The notes under the pieces: generated by a model
The model's input: only the letters and a program-made list of their open reading frames with translations
What the model was told of the DNA's origin: nothing
Databases searched by the model: none
Assembly (NCBI GenBank): GCA_964531285.1
Contig: CAZHDI010000006.1
Location: 19,315 to 63,777 of the forward strand
Direction: 5' to 3'
DNA from: an uncultured Alphaproteobacteria bacterium
GTDB lineage: Bacteria > Pseudomonadota > Alphaproteobacteria > JAJFIK01
Length of the DNA: 44,463 bases
Made by a program: the position numbers and the translations under genes
Shown here: piece by piece, positions 1 to 8,664 of the stretch
Numbering within the stretch: position 1 is the stretch's first letter
Layout of the letters: every line of letters begins with the position of its first letter

Positions 1-6
1 GATATC

Positions 7-2052
7 GTGAACATCACGCCGGACCCGTCGATGACGGCGGTCGGCATTGTGACCATCGTCTTTTCCGAAGAGGTCACCGGCTTCGATATCGGCGACCTGA
101 CGCTGCGCCAGGACATCGGTCCGGATCAGGAGTTTCTCGATATCTCCGGTCTGTCTCTTGAGACCACCGACAACACGACCTTCACCATCGATCTGTCGAC
201 CGTCACCAATGTCGACGCCACCTACCGGCTGCGCCTGCTGCCGTTCGGCTCGTCCCAGATCGAAGATCTGGCCGGCAACGATCTTGAGGGCAATGCCTTT
301 GATCTGTTCGTCGTCGATATGACCGCTCCCATGGTCAGCATCGAAGACATCATGCCGGACCCGATCAGCCCTAATGCCGGCACGGTGACGATCACCTTCA
401 CCGAGGCGGTCGACAATGTCGATATCACCGATTTCACCCTGCGCCGGGACGATACCTTTCTCGACATCTCCGCTCTGAGCGTTAACAAAATCGATCCGAT
501 GACCTTTGAGATCGACCTGTCGAGCGTCACGGATGTGGATGGCGTGTATCGCCTGCGCCTGGGCCAGGGCTCGACCGACATCACCGACAAGGCGGGCAAT
601 CCGCTTGCCAATAGCGGCTTCGAGCTGTTCAACGTCAACACGGTGAACGATGCGCCGGTGATCGATGTCCCAGGGACCCAGGCCCTCACCGAAGACACCG
701 CGCTGACCTTCAATGCGGGCAATAGCAATCTGATCTCGGTCGACGATCCGGACGATTTCGGCGGCGACTTGAAAGTGACGCTGACCGTCTCGGACGGCAC
801 GCTGAGCTTGTCTCAGACCACCGGCCTGACCTTCATCACGGGCGACGGCACCGATGATACGACCATGATGTTCACCGGCCGCGAAGTGCGCATCAATCAG
901 GCCCTCGACGGTCTGGTTTACACGCCGGATCAGGACTTCGACGGGACCGAGACGGTTCAGATCACGGTCGACGATCAGGGCAATACCGGCACGGGCGGCG
1001 CCCAGACCGATACGACCTCTGTCACCATCAACATGACTCCGGTCAACGATCAGGCGGCTGTGACGACCAATACCGGCGCCACGGTCGATGAAGACGAGAC
1101 CGTGATGCTCTCGGACACCGAACTCGATACGACCGACCCGGACGATAGCGGGACGGAGATCAGCTATCAGATCACGTCCGCGCCGGTGAACGGCACCCTG
1201 TTCCTCGACGCCAACGCCAACGATATGCTGGACGCGGGCGAGGAGCTGGGCGCCTGGAGCAGCTTCACCCAGGCCGATCTCGATGCCGGCAATGTCGGCT
1301 ATGAGCATGATGGCAGCGAAACCCTGGCGGATTCGTTCGACTTCACCATGTCCGACGGCGGCGAAGACGGCACCGCCGCGGTCCCCGGGACATTCGATTT
1401 CACGGTCAATCCGATCCCGGACCTTATCGAGGGCACGAACGGCAACAACATCATCAATGGCACGGACATCGATGATGAGGTTCAGGCCATGGACGGTAAC
1501 GACCAGGTCTATCTCGGCGCGGGCGACGATTTCGGCTTCGGCGGCGAAGGCCGGGACCGGATCAACGGCAATGCCGGCGATGACGAACTGAATGGTGAAG
1601 CCGGCAACGACCGCCTCAACGGCGGCGGCGGCGATGACGTGGTCAATGGCGGTGACGACAATGACCGTCTGGCCGGCAATTCGGGCGATGATGAGTTGAA
1701 CGGGGACGCGGGCAACGACAGCCTCAACGGCGGAACCGGCATGGACACGCTCAATGGCGGCACCGGTAACGATCACCTGAACGGCGGCTCCGGTCCCGAT
1801 ACGTTCATCTTCGAAGGCAGCTTCGGCGATGACAAGATCAAGGACTTCGACCGCAATACGGACAAGATCATTATTGTCGGCGGGACCGACCTCGACAGCA
1901 ATGACGACGGCGTGGTCGACAAGAACGACGACAATGTCGACACCACCGGCGGCTGGCTCGCCGATCTTGTGATCACGGTCGACGGCAACACGATCACGAT
2001 CAACGGGTCGGGCGGCATCGATGCCGACCTGTTCTGCTACGGTTTCGCATAA
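7..2052 (+). CDS. Large Ca-binding adhesin / RTX protein, C-terminal part (Ig-like repeats, cadherin-like domains, RTX nonapeptides); 5' end probably outside the window
   Basis: Frame is open from the window edge. Two ~105-aa Ig-like repeats (VTIxFxExV...DxAGN), VNDAP/VNDQA...ED cadherin-like modules and GGxGxDxLx repeats; very acidic. Confidence 0.85.
   Translation: MNITPDPSMTAVGIVTIVFSEEVTGFDIGDLTLRQDIGPDQEFLDISGLSLETTDNTTFTIDLSTVTNVDATYRLRLLPFGSSQIEDLAGNDLEGNAFDLFVVDMTAPMVSIEDIMPDPISPNAGTVTITFTEAVDNVDITDFTLRRDDTFLDISALSVNKIDPMTFEIDLSSVTDVDGVYRLRLGQGSTDITDKAGNPLANSGFELFNVNTVNDAPVIDVPGTQALTEDTALTFNAGNSNLISVDDPDDFGGDLKVTLTVSDGTLSLSQTTGLTFITGDGTDDTTMMFTGREVRINQALDGLVYTPDQDFDGTETVQITVDDQGNTGTGGAQTDTTSVTINMTPVNDQAAVTTNTGATVDEDETVMLSDTELDTTDPDDSGTEISYQITSAPVNGTLFLDANANDMLDAGEELGAWSSFTQADLDAGNVGYEHDGSETLADSFDFTMSDGGEDGTAAVPGTFDFTVNPIPDLIEGTNGNNIINGTDIDDEVQAMDGNDQVYLGAGDDFGFGGEGRDRINGNAGDDELNGEAGNDRLNGGGGDDVVNGGDDNDRLAGNSGDDELNGDAGNDSLNGGTGMDTLNGGTGNDHLNGGSGPDTFIFEGSFGDDKIKDFDRNTDKIIIVGGTDLDSNDDGVVDKNDDNVDTTGGWLADLVITVDGNTITINGSGGIDADLFCYGFA
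1432..1809 (+). repeat. About 14 tandem RTX (hemolysin-type Ca-binding) nonapeptides
   Basis: GTNGNNIIN through GGEGRDRIN, GNAGDDELN, GEAGNDRLN, GGTGNDHLN, GGSGPDTFI with a 27-nt period. Confidence 0.9.
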
Positions 2053-2077
2053 GACCTGACCGTTTCATCCCGGCAGC

Positions 2078-2109
2078 ACCGGCGCGCCCCCAGAAGGCGC
2101 GCCGGTTTT
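2078..2109 (+). terminator. Intrinsic terminator after the adhesin gene
   Basis: ACCGGCGCGCC-N7-GGCGCGCCGGT followed by TTT. Confidence 0.65.
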
Positions 2110-2204
2110 GCGTTCTACGCCCCTCCTCCGGGACGGCGATTCCGCGTATAGTTGAGACTGTTGTTTCGCGGGCCAGCCCGCCTGCCCGTCTTGGAGAGAG
2201 CCTC

Positions 2205-2801
2205 ATGGCAAAACCCCGTTCCGTATGCGTCTATTGCGGTTCCAGCGCCGGGCGCGATCCGGCCTTTCTCGATGCCGCGATCCGCTTAGGGGAGATCCTG
2301 GCGCGCGAGAAGATCGAACTCGTCTATGGCGGCGGCTCGCTGGGCATGATGGGCGCGGTGGCCGAAGCGGCGCTGAAAGCCGGCGGCCATGTCACGGGGA
2401 TCATCCCGAAATTTCTCGACGATGTGGAGAAGCAGTTCGAGGATGTGACGGAACTCTACGTCACCCATTCCATGCATGAGCGCAAACAGATGATGTTCGA
2501 ACGCTCGGACGCCTTTATCGGCCTGCCCGGCGGCATGGGCACCCTGGAAGAGATGGTCGAGGTGATGGCGTGGGGCAATCTCGGCGTCCATGCCAAACCC
2601 ATGGTGCTGGTGGACATCCACCACTACTGGGCGCCGCTCACGGATCTCATCGATCACATGATCGAGCAGAAATTTCTGCGTGCGGATTTTGGACCCAAGC
2701 TCGGCATCGTCCCGGGCGTGGAAAAAGTCCTCGCCGAGATCGACAAACGTCTGAGCGATGACGAACTCGCCAAGCCCAACACCTTCGACAAAGTGTTCTA
2801 A
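2205..2801 (+). CDS. LOG family nucleotide phosphoribohydrolase (TIGR00730-like)
   Basis: VCVYCGSS, LVYGGG, MHERK and PGGxGTLEE motifs; GGAGAG RBS. Confidence 0.93.
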   Translation: MAKPRSVCVYCGSSAGRDPAFLDAAIRLGEILAREKIELVYGGGSLGMMGAVAEAALKAGGHVTGIIPKFLDDVEKQFEDVTELYVTHSMHERKQMMFERSDAFIGLPGGMGTLEEMVEVMAWGNLGVHAKPMVLVDIHHYWAPLTDLIDHMIEQKFLRADFGPKLGIVPGVEKVLAEIDKRLSDDELAKPNTFDKVF

Positions 2802-3769
2802 CCCGCCGCCGGGAACCGCCGGTCACGGCGGACCGAGTCGGCCGTGAAGATCGCCAGCCCCGTCCAGATGCAGGCGAAGGTCAAAAGGTGCGCGGTCGTG
2901 AACGGCTCGCCATAGGCAAAGACGGCCAGCGCGAACTGAAGGCTCGGCGCCACATACTGGGTGAGCCCCAGGGTGGACAAGCGCAGGCGCCGGGCGCCCA
3001 GATTGAACAGCAGCAGCGGGATCGTCGTGAACGGCCCCGAAAACACCAGCAGGGCCGTGATCCACCAGTCGGAGCCGAACGCATTGCCGCCGGTCATGGC
3101 GAGATAGGCGATATAGCCGAGAGCCAGCGGCGAACACAGCAGGGTCTCGACAAAGAGCCCTTCCAGAGCGCCGACCGGCACCAGCTTGCGCACCAGCCCA
3201 TAGAGCCCGAAGGTCATGGCCAGGAGCAGCGAAAGCAGCGGCGCCTTGCCCAAGGTGGCGATCATGACCGCGACACCCAGGACCGCACAGGCGACGGCCA
3301 GGGTTTGGAAGCCGTTGAGCCGCTCCCGGAGAAACACAAAGCCGAGTGCGACGCTGACCAGCGGGTTCATGAAATAGCCCAGGCTGGTGTCGAGCACATG
3401 ATCGTTCGCCACCGCCCAGATGAAGACCGTCCAGTTGGTCGAGATCAGCAGGGTCGAGACCATCAGCAACAGGAGCGTGCGGGGGCCGCGGATGGCCGCC
3501 ATCAGGGTCTTGAGCCGCCCGCCCCGCGCCATCATGGGTGCCATGAAGGCGACCGCCCAGACGATGCGGTGCACGAGCACCTCGAACGGGCTGACCGCGA
3601 TCAGCAGCTTCCAATAGGCCGGCGACAGACCCCACAGCCCAAACCCGCTCAGTGCATAGACAACGCCGGTGCGCACATGGGCGTCATGGGCATCATGGGC
3701 ATCCGTATCGTGCACGGGCGCTTTGGGCGGAGCGGCAGCCGGGGCCACCGGCTCGCCGGTGGCGCTCAT
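2798..3769 (-). CDS. rarD: EamA family transporter RarD
   Basis: About 10 TM segments; HRIVW, SLGYFMNPL, YGLVRK, QYVAPSLQF; start overlaps the cysS stop (ATGA). Confidence 0.92.
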   Translation of the reverse strand: MSATGEPVAPAAAPPKAPVHDTDAHDAHDAHVRTGVVYALSGFGLWGLSPAYWKLLIAVSPFEVLVHRIVWAVAFMAPMMARGGRLKTLMAAIRGPRTLLLLMVSTLLISTNWTVFIWAVANDHVLDTSLGYFMNPLVSVALGFVFLRERLNGFQTLAVACAVLGVAVMIATLGKAPLLSLLLAMTFGLYGLVRKLVPVGALEGLFVETLLCSPLALGYIAYLAMTGGNAFGSDWWITALLVFSGPFTTIPLLLFNLGARRLRLSTLGLTQYVAPSLQFALAVFAYGEPFTTAHLLTFACIWTGLAIFTADSVRRDRRFPAAG

Positions 3770-5109
3770 GACCGGGCCGTCCAGGTGGTGCCGTCCGGTC
3801 CATCCTTAAGCGACACGCCGCGGGCCGCCAGATCGTCCCGGATCTGATCGGCCCGGCCGAAATCCTTTGCCGCCCTGGCCGCCAGGCGTTCCTCGATCAG
3901 CGCCTCGACCTCCGCCGGATCGATGCCGAGCTTGGCGGTGTCGAGCGCGGTCCACGCTTCGGCGGTCAGATCGCGGAACCCCAGGAATCCCATCGCGGCC
4001 TTGAGCACGCCCGCCTCGCCGCGTCCGGCTACTTCATGGAGCCGGGTGATCGCGAGCGGGGTGTTGAGATCGTCCCGCAAGGCATCGAGCACGCCCTCAT
4101 GGGGATCGGCATCCGGCGCCGCGTCGCCCGCAAGCGCATACCATTTATCGAGCACCGTTTTGGCTTCCCGGCTGGCCGCCGCCGTCCAGTTGATCGGCTG
4201 ACGATAGTGGGTCATCAACATCTGGAGGCGGAACACCTCGCCCGGCCAGTCGCCCAGGAAATCGTCGACCGTGATGAAATTCCCCAGGGATTTGGACATC
4301 TTCTCGCCTTCGACCTGGAGAAAGCCGTTGTGCATCCAGTAGTTCACAAAGGGCGCGCGGTCATGGGCGCACGTGCTCTGCGCGATCTCATTTTCATGGT
4401 GCGGAAAAATAAGATCGATGCCGCCGCCGTGAATGTCGAAGGTCTCGCCAAAATGGGCCTCCGTCATGGCCGAGCATTCAAGGTGCCAGCCGGGTCGTCC
4501 ATAGCCCCAGGGACTCTCCCAGCCCGGTTCTCCGTTGTCGGACGGCTTCCAGAGCACGAAATCCATCGGGTCTTTCTTGTAAGGCGCCACCTCGACCCGC
4601 GCCCCGGCCATCATATCGTCGAGGGACCGGCCCGACAGGCGCCCGTAGTCGCTCATGGCCGGCACATGGAACAGCACATGGCCCTGCGCCGCGTAGGCGA
4701 GACCGCCATCGACGAGCTTGGCGATCATGGCGATCATCTGAGGAATGTGATCGGTCGCGCGCGGCTCGATATCCGGGGGCAGAAGATTGAGGGCTTGGGT
4801 ATTAGCATGAAGCTGCCGGATCGGCTCCTCGGTCACCTCGGCGATGCTGACGCCCCGTTCGGCGGCGCGCGCGTTGATCTTGTCGTCGATATCCGTGATG
4901 TTCCGGGCATAGGTGACATGATCCGCGCCATACATATGGCGCAACACACGCACCAGGACGTCAAAGACGATCCAGGGCCGGGCATTGCCGATATGCGGCT
5001 TGTCATAGACCGTCGGCCCACAGACATAGACCCGCACATTCGCCGGATCGATCGGCGTGAAGCGTTCCTTCTCGCGGGTCATCGTGTTGTGAATCATCAG
5101 CGGGCGCAT
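3766..5109 (-). CDS. cysS: Cysteine--tRNA ligase
   Basis: YVCGPTVY, HIGN, GRPGWHLECS, HGGGIDLIFPHHENE, KMSKS; start set at ATG 5109 behind a GGAGA RBS. Confidence 0.97.
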   Translation of the reverse strand: MRPLMIHNTMTREKERFTPIDPANVRVYVCGPTVYDKPHIGNARPWIVFDVLVRVLRHMYGADHVTYARNITDIDDKINARAAERGVSIAEVTEEPIRQLHANTQALNLLPPDIEPRATDHIPQMIAMIAKLVDGGLAYAAQGHVLFHVPAMSDYGRLSGRSLDDMMAGARVEVAPYKKDPMDFVLWKPSDNGEPGWESPWGYGRPGWHLECSAMTEAHFGETFDIHGGGIDLIFPHHENEIAQSTCAHDRAPFVNYWMHNGFLQVEGEKMSKSLGNFITVDDFLGDWPGEVFRLQMLMTHYRQPINWTAAASREAKTVLDKWYALAGDAAPDADPHEGVLDALRDDLNTPLAITRLHEVAGRGEAGVLKAAMGFLGFRDLTAEAWTALDTAKLGIDPAEVEALIEERLAARAAKDFGRADQIRDDLAARGVSLKDGPDGTTWTARS

Positions 5110-5147
5110 GAGTCTTCTCCGCAAGGGCAGATGGCGGCGGCCGGGCC

Positions 5148-6485
5148 TCAGGCCACCTCGCCGCGCAGGCGCGCACGCGCCCGCTCCGGACCGATGAGGG
5201 CGACGAGTTTTTTCATTTCCGGTCCGTTGGCCTGACCGGTGAGCGCCAGGCGCAGCGGCATGAAGAGCGCCTTGCCCTTGGCGCCGGTCGCCTCCTTGAC
5301 CGCTTGGGTCCAGCTGTCCCAGGTGTTCTCGTCATAAGGCCCATCGGGCAGCAGGGCAGCCGCCTTCTCGATCTGGGCGCTGTCCTCGATCACCGGCGTC
5401 ACCGGACCCTGAATGATTTTCCACCAGTCGGCGGCCTCGTCGAGCCGCTCCAGATTGGGGCGGATGGCATCCCAGACGCTTGCATCGGCAGATACATCCA
5501 TGGCGCTCAGACGTTCCGCCACCTGATCATAGGGCATCATGTGAATGAGCTTGGCGTTGAGCATTTTCAGCTCGTCCGGGTCGAAGCGCGCCGGCGCGCG
5601 GCCCAGCTTGGCCATGTCGAACTCATCGATGAGGGCCGCCAGATCAAGGCGCGGCTCCACCGCATCGGAGGTGCCGAGCTTGGCCAGGAAACTCAAGACG
5701 GCCATGGGCTCCAGACCGTCCTCGCGCAGATTGGCGACACCGAGCGAGCCGAGGCGTTTGGACAGCGACTGACCGTCCGCCCCCACCAGAAGCGAGGTGT
5801 GCGCAAATCCCGGCGCGGTGCCGCCGATGGCCTTGAAGATCTCGATCTGCGCACCGGAATTGGTCACATGATCCTCGCCGCGCACGATATGGGTGATGGC
5901 ATAGTCCACGTCATCGACGACGCTGGGCAGGGTATAAAGATAGCTGCCGTCCTCGCGGATCAGGATCGGGTCGGACAGGCTGGCGGTATCGATGGACACC
6001 GGCCCGCGCACCAAGTCGTCCCATTCGGCTTTCTCGCCGGAAAGCTTGAAGCGCCAATGGGGCTTGCGCCCTTCCGCTTCATAGGCCGCCTTCTGATCAT
6101 CGCTCAGGGCCAGCGCGGCGCGGTCATAAACCGGCGGCTTGCCTTGCGCCCGCTGAAGCTTGCGCTTGCGGTCAAGCTCCTCGGGGGTCTCATAGCACGG
6201 ATAAAGCAGCCCGCGGGCCTTCAGGTCCTCGGTCACGGCGTCATAGCGCTCGAACCGGTCGGACTGGCGGAAGGTCTGGTCATGGGCAAGGCCAAGCCAG
6301 GCCAGATCGTCGCGAATACCTTGCGCATACTCTTCGGTGGAGCGCTCCGTATCCGTATCGTCAAGGCGCAGGATGAAAGTCCCGCCGGCCTTGCGGGCAT
6401 AAAGCACATTGAACAGCGCGGTGCGGATGTTACCGACATGGAGCCGGCCCGTGGGGCTCGGCGCGAAACGGACCGTAACGGTCAT
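5148..6485 (-). CDS. gltX: Glutamate--tRNA ligase
   Basis: RFAPSPTG, HVGN, RGEDH, LSKR, LFMPLRLALTG. Confidence 0.96.
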   Translation of the reverse strand: MTVTVRFAPSPTGRLHVGNIRTALFNVLYARKAGGTFILRLDDTDTERSTEEYAQGIRDDLAWLGLAHDQTFRQSDRFERYDAVTEDLKARGLLYPCYETPEELDRKRKLQRAQGKPPVYDRAALALSDDQKAAYEAEGRKPHWRFKLSGEKAEWDDLVRGPVSIDTASLSDPILIREDGSYLYTLPSVVDDVDYAITHIVRGEDHVTNSGAQIEIFKAIGGTAPGFAHTSLLVGADGQSLSKRLGSLGVANLREDGLEPMAVLSFLAKLGTSDAVEPRLDLAALIDEFDMAKLGRAPARFDPDELKMLNAKLIHMMPYDQVAERLSAMDVSADASVWDAIRPNLERLDEAADWWKIIQGPVTPVIEDSAQIEKAAALLPDGPYDENTWDSWTQAVKEATGAKGKALFMPLRLALTGQANGPEMKKLVALIGPERARARLRGEVA

Positions 6486-6504
6486 GGGACTGACTTTCTG
6501 AACT

Positions 6505-6852
6505 TTATGTCTTGTTGGCCGTCATCTTGGCGATGCCGTAGCCGATGGCGATGAGGACGAGGGCCGGCAGCGCCCACAGCAGCACCTTGAGCAGCGCGCC
6601 GAGAAGGCCCGCCGCGATGCCGAAGATCGCGCCGACAAGGCCCATCGCGATGCCCAGCAGGCTGAGGATGAAGGCCAGGATCAGCGGCACAAGCACGACC
6701 AGGCCGACAATGGCGAGGACGATCACGATGACCCGCATCACGCCGCCTCCGCCCTCGACGTCCCGGTCGTCGCGGCGCGGCGGCACGGTGCCAACGGCGG
6801 GCAGATTGGCATCGTTCTTGGTGTCCTTGGGCTCATCAGTCTGCGGCATCAC
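6505..6852 (-). CDS. Small hypothetical membrane protein
   Basis: Polar N-terminus then a ~65-aa hydrophobic Leu/Ile/Gly stretch; fills the nadE-gltX gap and overlaps the nadE 3' end. Confidence 0.7.
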   Translation of the reverse strand: MMPQTDEPKDTKNDANLPAVGTVPPRRDDRDVEGGGGVMRVIVIVLAIVGLVVLVPLILAFILSLLGIAMGLVGAIFGIAAGLLGALLKVLLWALPALVLIAIGYGIAKMTANKT

Positions 6853-8500
6853 GGAACCTGTTCGTTATCGGATAGCGGCGGTCGCGCCCGAAATTGCGCG
6901 GGCCGATCTTGACCCCCGGGGCGGCCTGCCGGCGCTTGTACTCGGCGATGTATAGCAGATGCTCGATACGTTTCACGAGGGCCCGGTCATGACCATCGGC
7001 GATGACCTCCTCGGTGCCGCGTTCGTCATCCACGAGCGCGCGCAGGATCGCATCGAGCACCGGATAGGGCGGCAGGGAATCCTCGTCCTTCTGGTCGGCG
7101 CGCAGTTCCGCCGTGGGCGGTTTGGAGATGATGCGCTCGGGGATCACCTCGCCCGCCGGACCGAGCGCGCCCTTGGGCACCGCGGTGTTGCGCCAGCGCG
7201 CCAGATCGAACACCTCGGTCTTGTAGAGATCCTTGATCGCGTTGTACCCGCCGCACATGTCGCCATAAAGGGTCGCGTAGCCGACCGAGACCTCGGATTT
7301 GTTGCCGGTGGTCAGCACCATCGGCCCGAACTTGTTCGACAAAGCCATCAGGATGACGCCGCGGATGCGCGATTGAAGGTTTTCCTCGGTGATATCGGGC
7401 GCCCGGTTGCCGAAATGCGGATCCAGGGTCGCGGTGAACGCGTCGACGCTGTCCTCGATCTTCACCGTGTCATAGCGCACGCCGAGCGCCCGGGCGCAGG
7501 CGGCGGCATCCTCCAGGCTGTCCGGGCTGGTGTAGCGCGAGGGCAGCATGATGCACCACACCTTGTCGGGGCCTAGAGCGTCGGCCGCGATCGCCGCCGA
7601 GATGGCGCTGTCGATGCCGCCGGACAGGCCCAGCACCACGCCGGGAAACTTGTTCTTCGCCACATAGTCGCGCAGGCCCATCATGACGGCCTGATAGATC
7701 GCATCCATGCCGTCCTCGGCCAGATGCTGAACGCCCGGCTGGCAGGTCCATCCCGCCTCGCCCCGGGTCCACTCGGTACGGAGAAGCGCGTCTTCCCATG
7801 AGGGCGCCTGCACCGGAATGCTGAAATCCGGGTTGAGGACGAACGATGTGCCGTCGAACACGAGTTCATCCTGGCCGCCGACCTGATTGACATAGGCCAG
7901 GGCCAGCCCGCTCTCGCGCACCCGGCCGACGACCTCGTTCATGCGGCGCTCATATTTGCCGTCCTGATAGGGCGAGCCGTTGGGCACGAGCAGAAACTCA
8001 GCACCCGTCTCTTCGAGGCACTCCACCACGTCGGGGGTCCAGATGTCCTCGCAGATGGGCAAGCCGATGCGCACGCCGCGGATCTCCACCGGGCCGGGCA
8101 TGGGCCCCTGGGCAAAAACGCGCTTTTCGTCGAACACGCTGTAATTGGGCAGATCGACCTTGAAGCGCAGGGCCGTGACCGCGCCGCCATCGAGCACCGC
8201 AAGGGCATTATAGAGCCTGCCGTCCTCGACCCAGGGGGTTCCCAGAACCACGGCCGGGCCGCCGTCGGCGGTCTCTGCGGCGAGCGCGCGGGTCATGGCC
8301 ATGGCGTCGTCCTGAAGGGCCGGCTTGAGCACCAGATCCTCGGGCGGATAGCCGATCAGGAACAACTCGCTCGTGACCAGGATATCGGCGCCGTCGGCGG
8401 CGGCACGGGCCCGCGCGGCGCGCAGCAACGCGGCGTTGCCGGGGATATCCCCCACGACCGGGTTCAATTGGGCGAGATGAATCGTCAGGCGGTCTGTCAT
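6836..8500 (-). CDS. nadE: Glutamine-dependent NAD+ synthetase
   Basis: N-terminal nitrilase domain (ELFLIGYPPEDL, ICEDIW) plus SGGIDS, ENLQSRIRG, TGNKSE, EYKRRQ. Confidence 0.97.
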   Translation of the reverse strand: MTDRLTIHLAQLNPVVGDIPGNAALLRAARARAAADGADILVTSELFLIGYPPEDLVLKPALQDDAMAMTRALAAETADGGPAVVLGTPWVEDGRLYNALAVLDGGAVTALRFKVDLPNYSVFDEKRVFAQGPMPGPVEIRGVRIGLPICEDIWTPDVVECLEETGAEFLLVPNGSPYQDGKYERRMNEVVGRVRESGLALAYVNQVGGQDELVFDGTSFVLNPDFSIPVQAPSWEDALLRTEWTRGEAGWTCQPGVQHLAEDGMDAIYQAVMMGLRDYVAKNKFPGVVLGLSGGIDSAISAAIAADALGPDKVWCIMLPSRYTSPDSLEDAAACARALGVRYDTVKIEDSVDAFTATLDPHFGNRAPDITEENLQSRIRGVILMALSNKFGPMVLTTGNKSEVSVGYATLYGDMCGGYNAIKDLYKTEVFDLARWRNTAVPKGALGPAGEVIPERIISKPPTAELRADQKDEDSLPPYPVLDAILRALVDDERGTEEVIADGHDRALVKRIEHLLYIAEYKRRQAAPGVKIGPRNFGRDRRYPITNRFRDAAD

Positions 8501-8581
8501 AGACCCTATTTACGGCCCGCACCGCGCCAGGTCCAGACACGCCCACTTGCCGGCCTCACCCCTGGGCAGCGGGCCGCAAAG

Positions 8582-8615
8582 AAAAAGGGCAGCGCCGCCA
8601 AAGCCGCGCTGCCCT
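8582..8615 (-). terminator. Intrinsic terminator for the 8665-10350 gene
   Basis: AGGGCAGCGC/GCGCTGCCCT stem; the A-run on the + strand gives a U-tail on the - strand. Confidence 0.7.
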
Positions 8616-8664
8616 CGGTTCAATGCCGCCGGACCCGTGCGGGTCCGGCAAATGCCCCTCTGGA

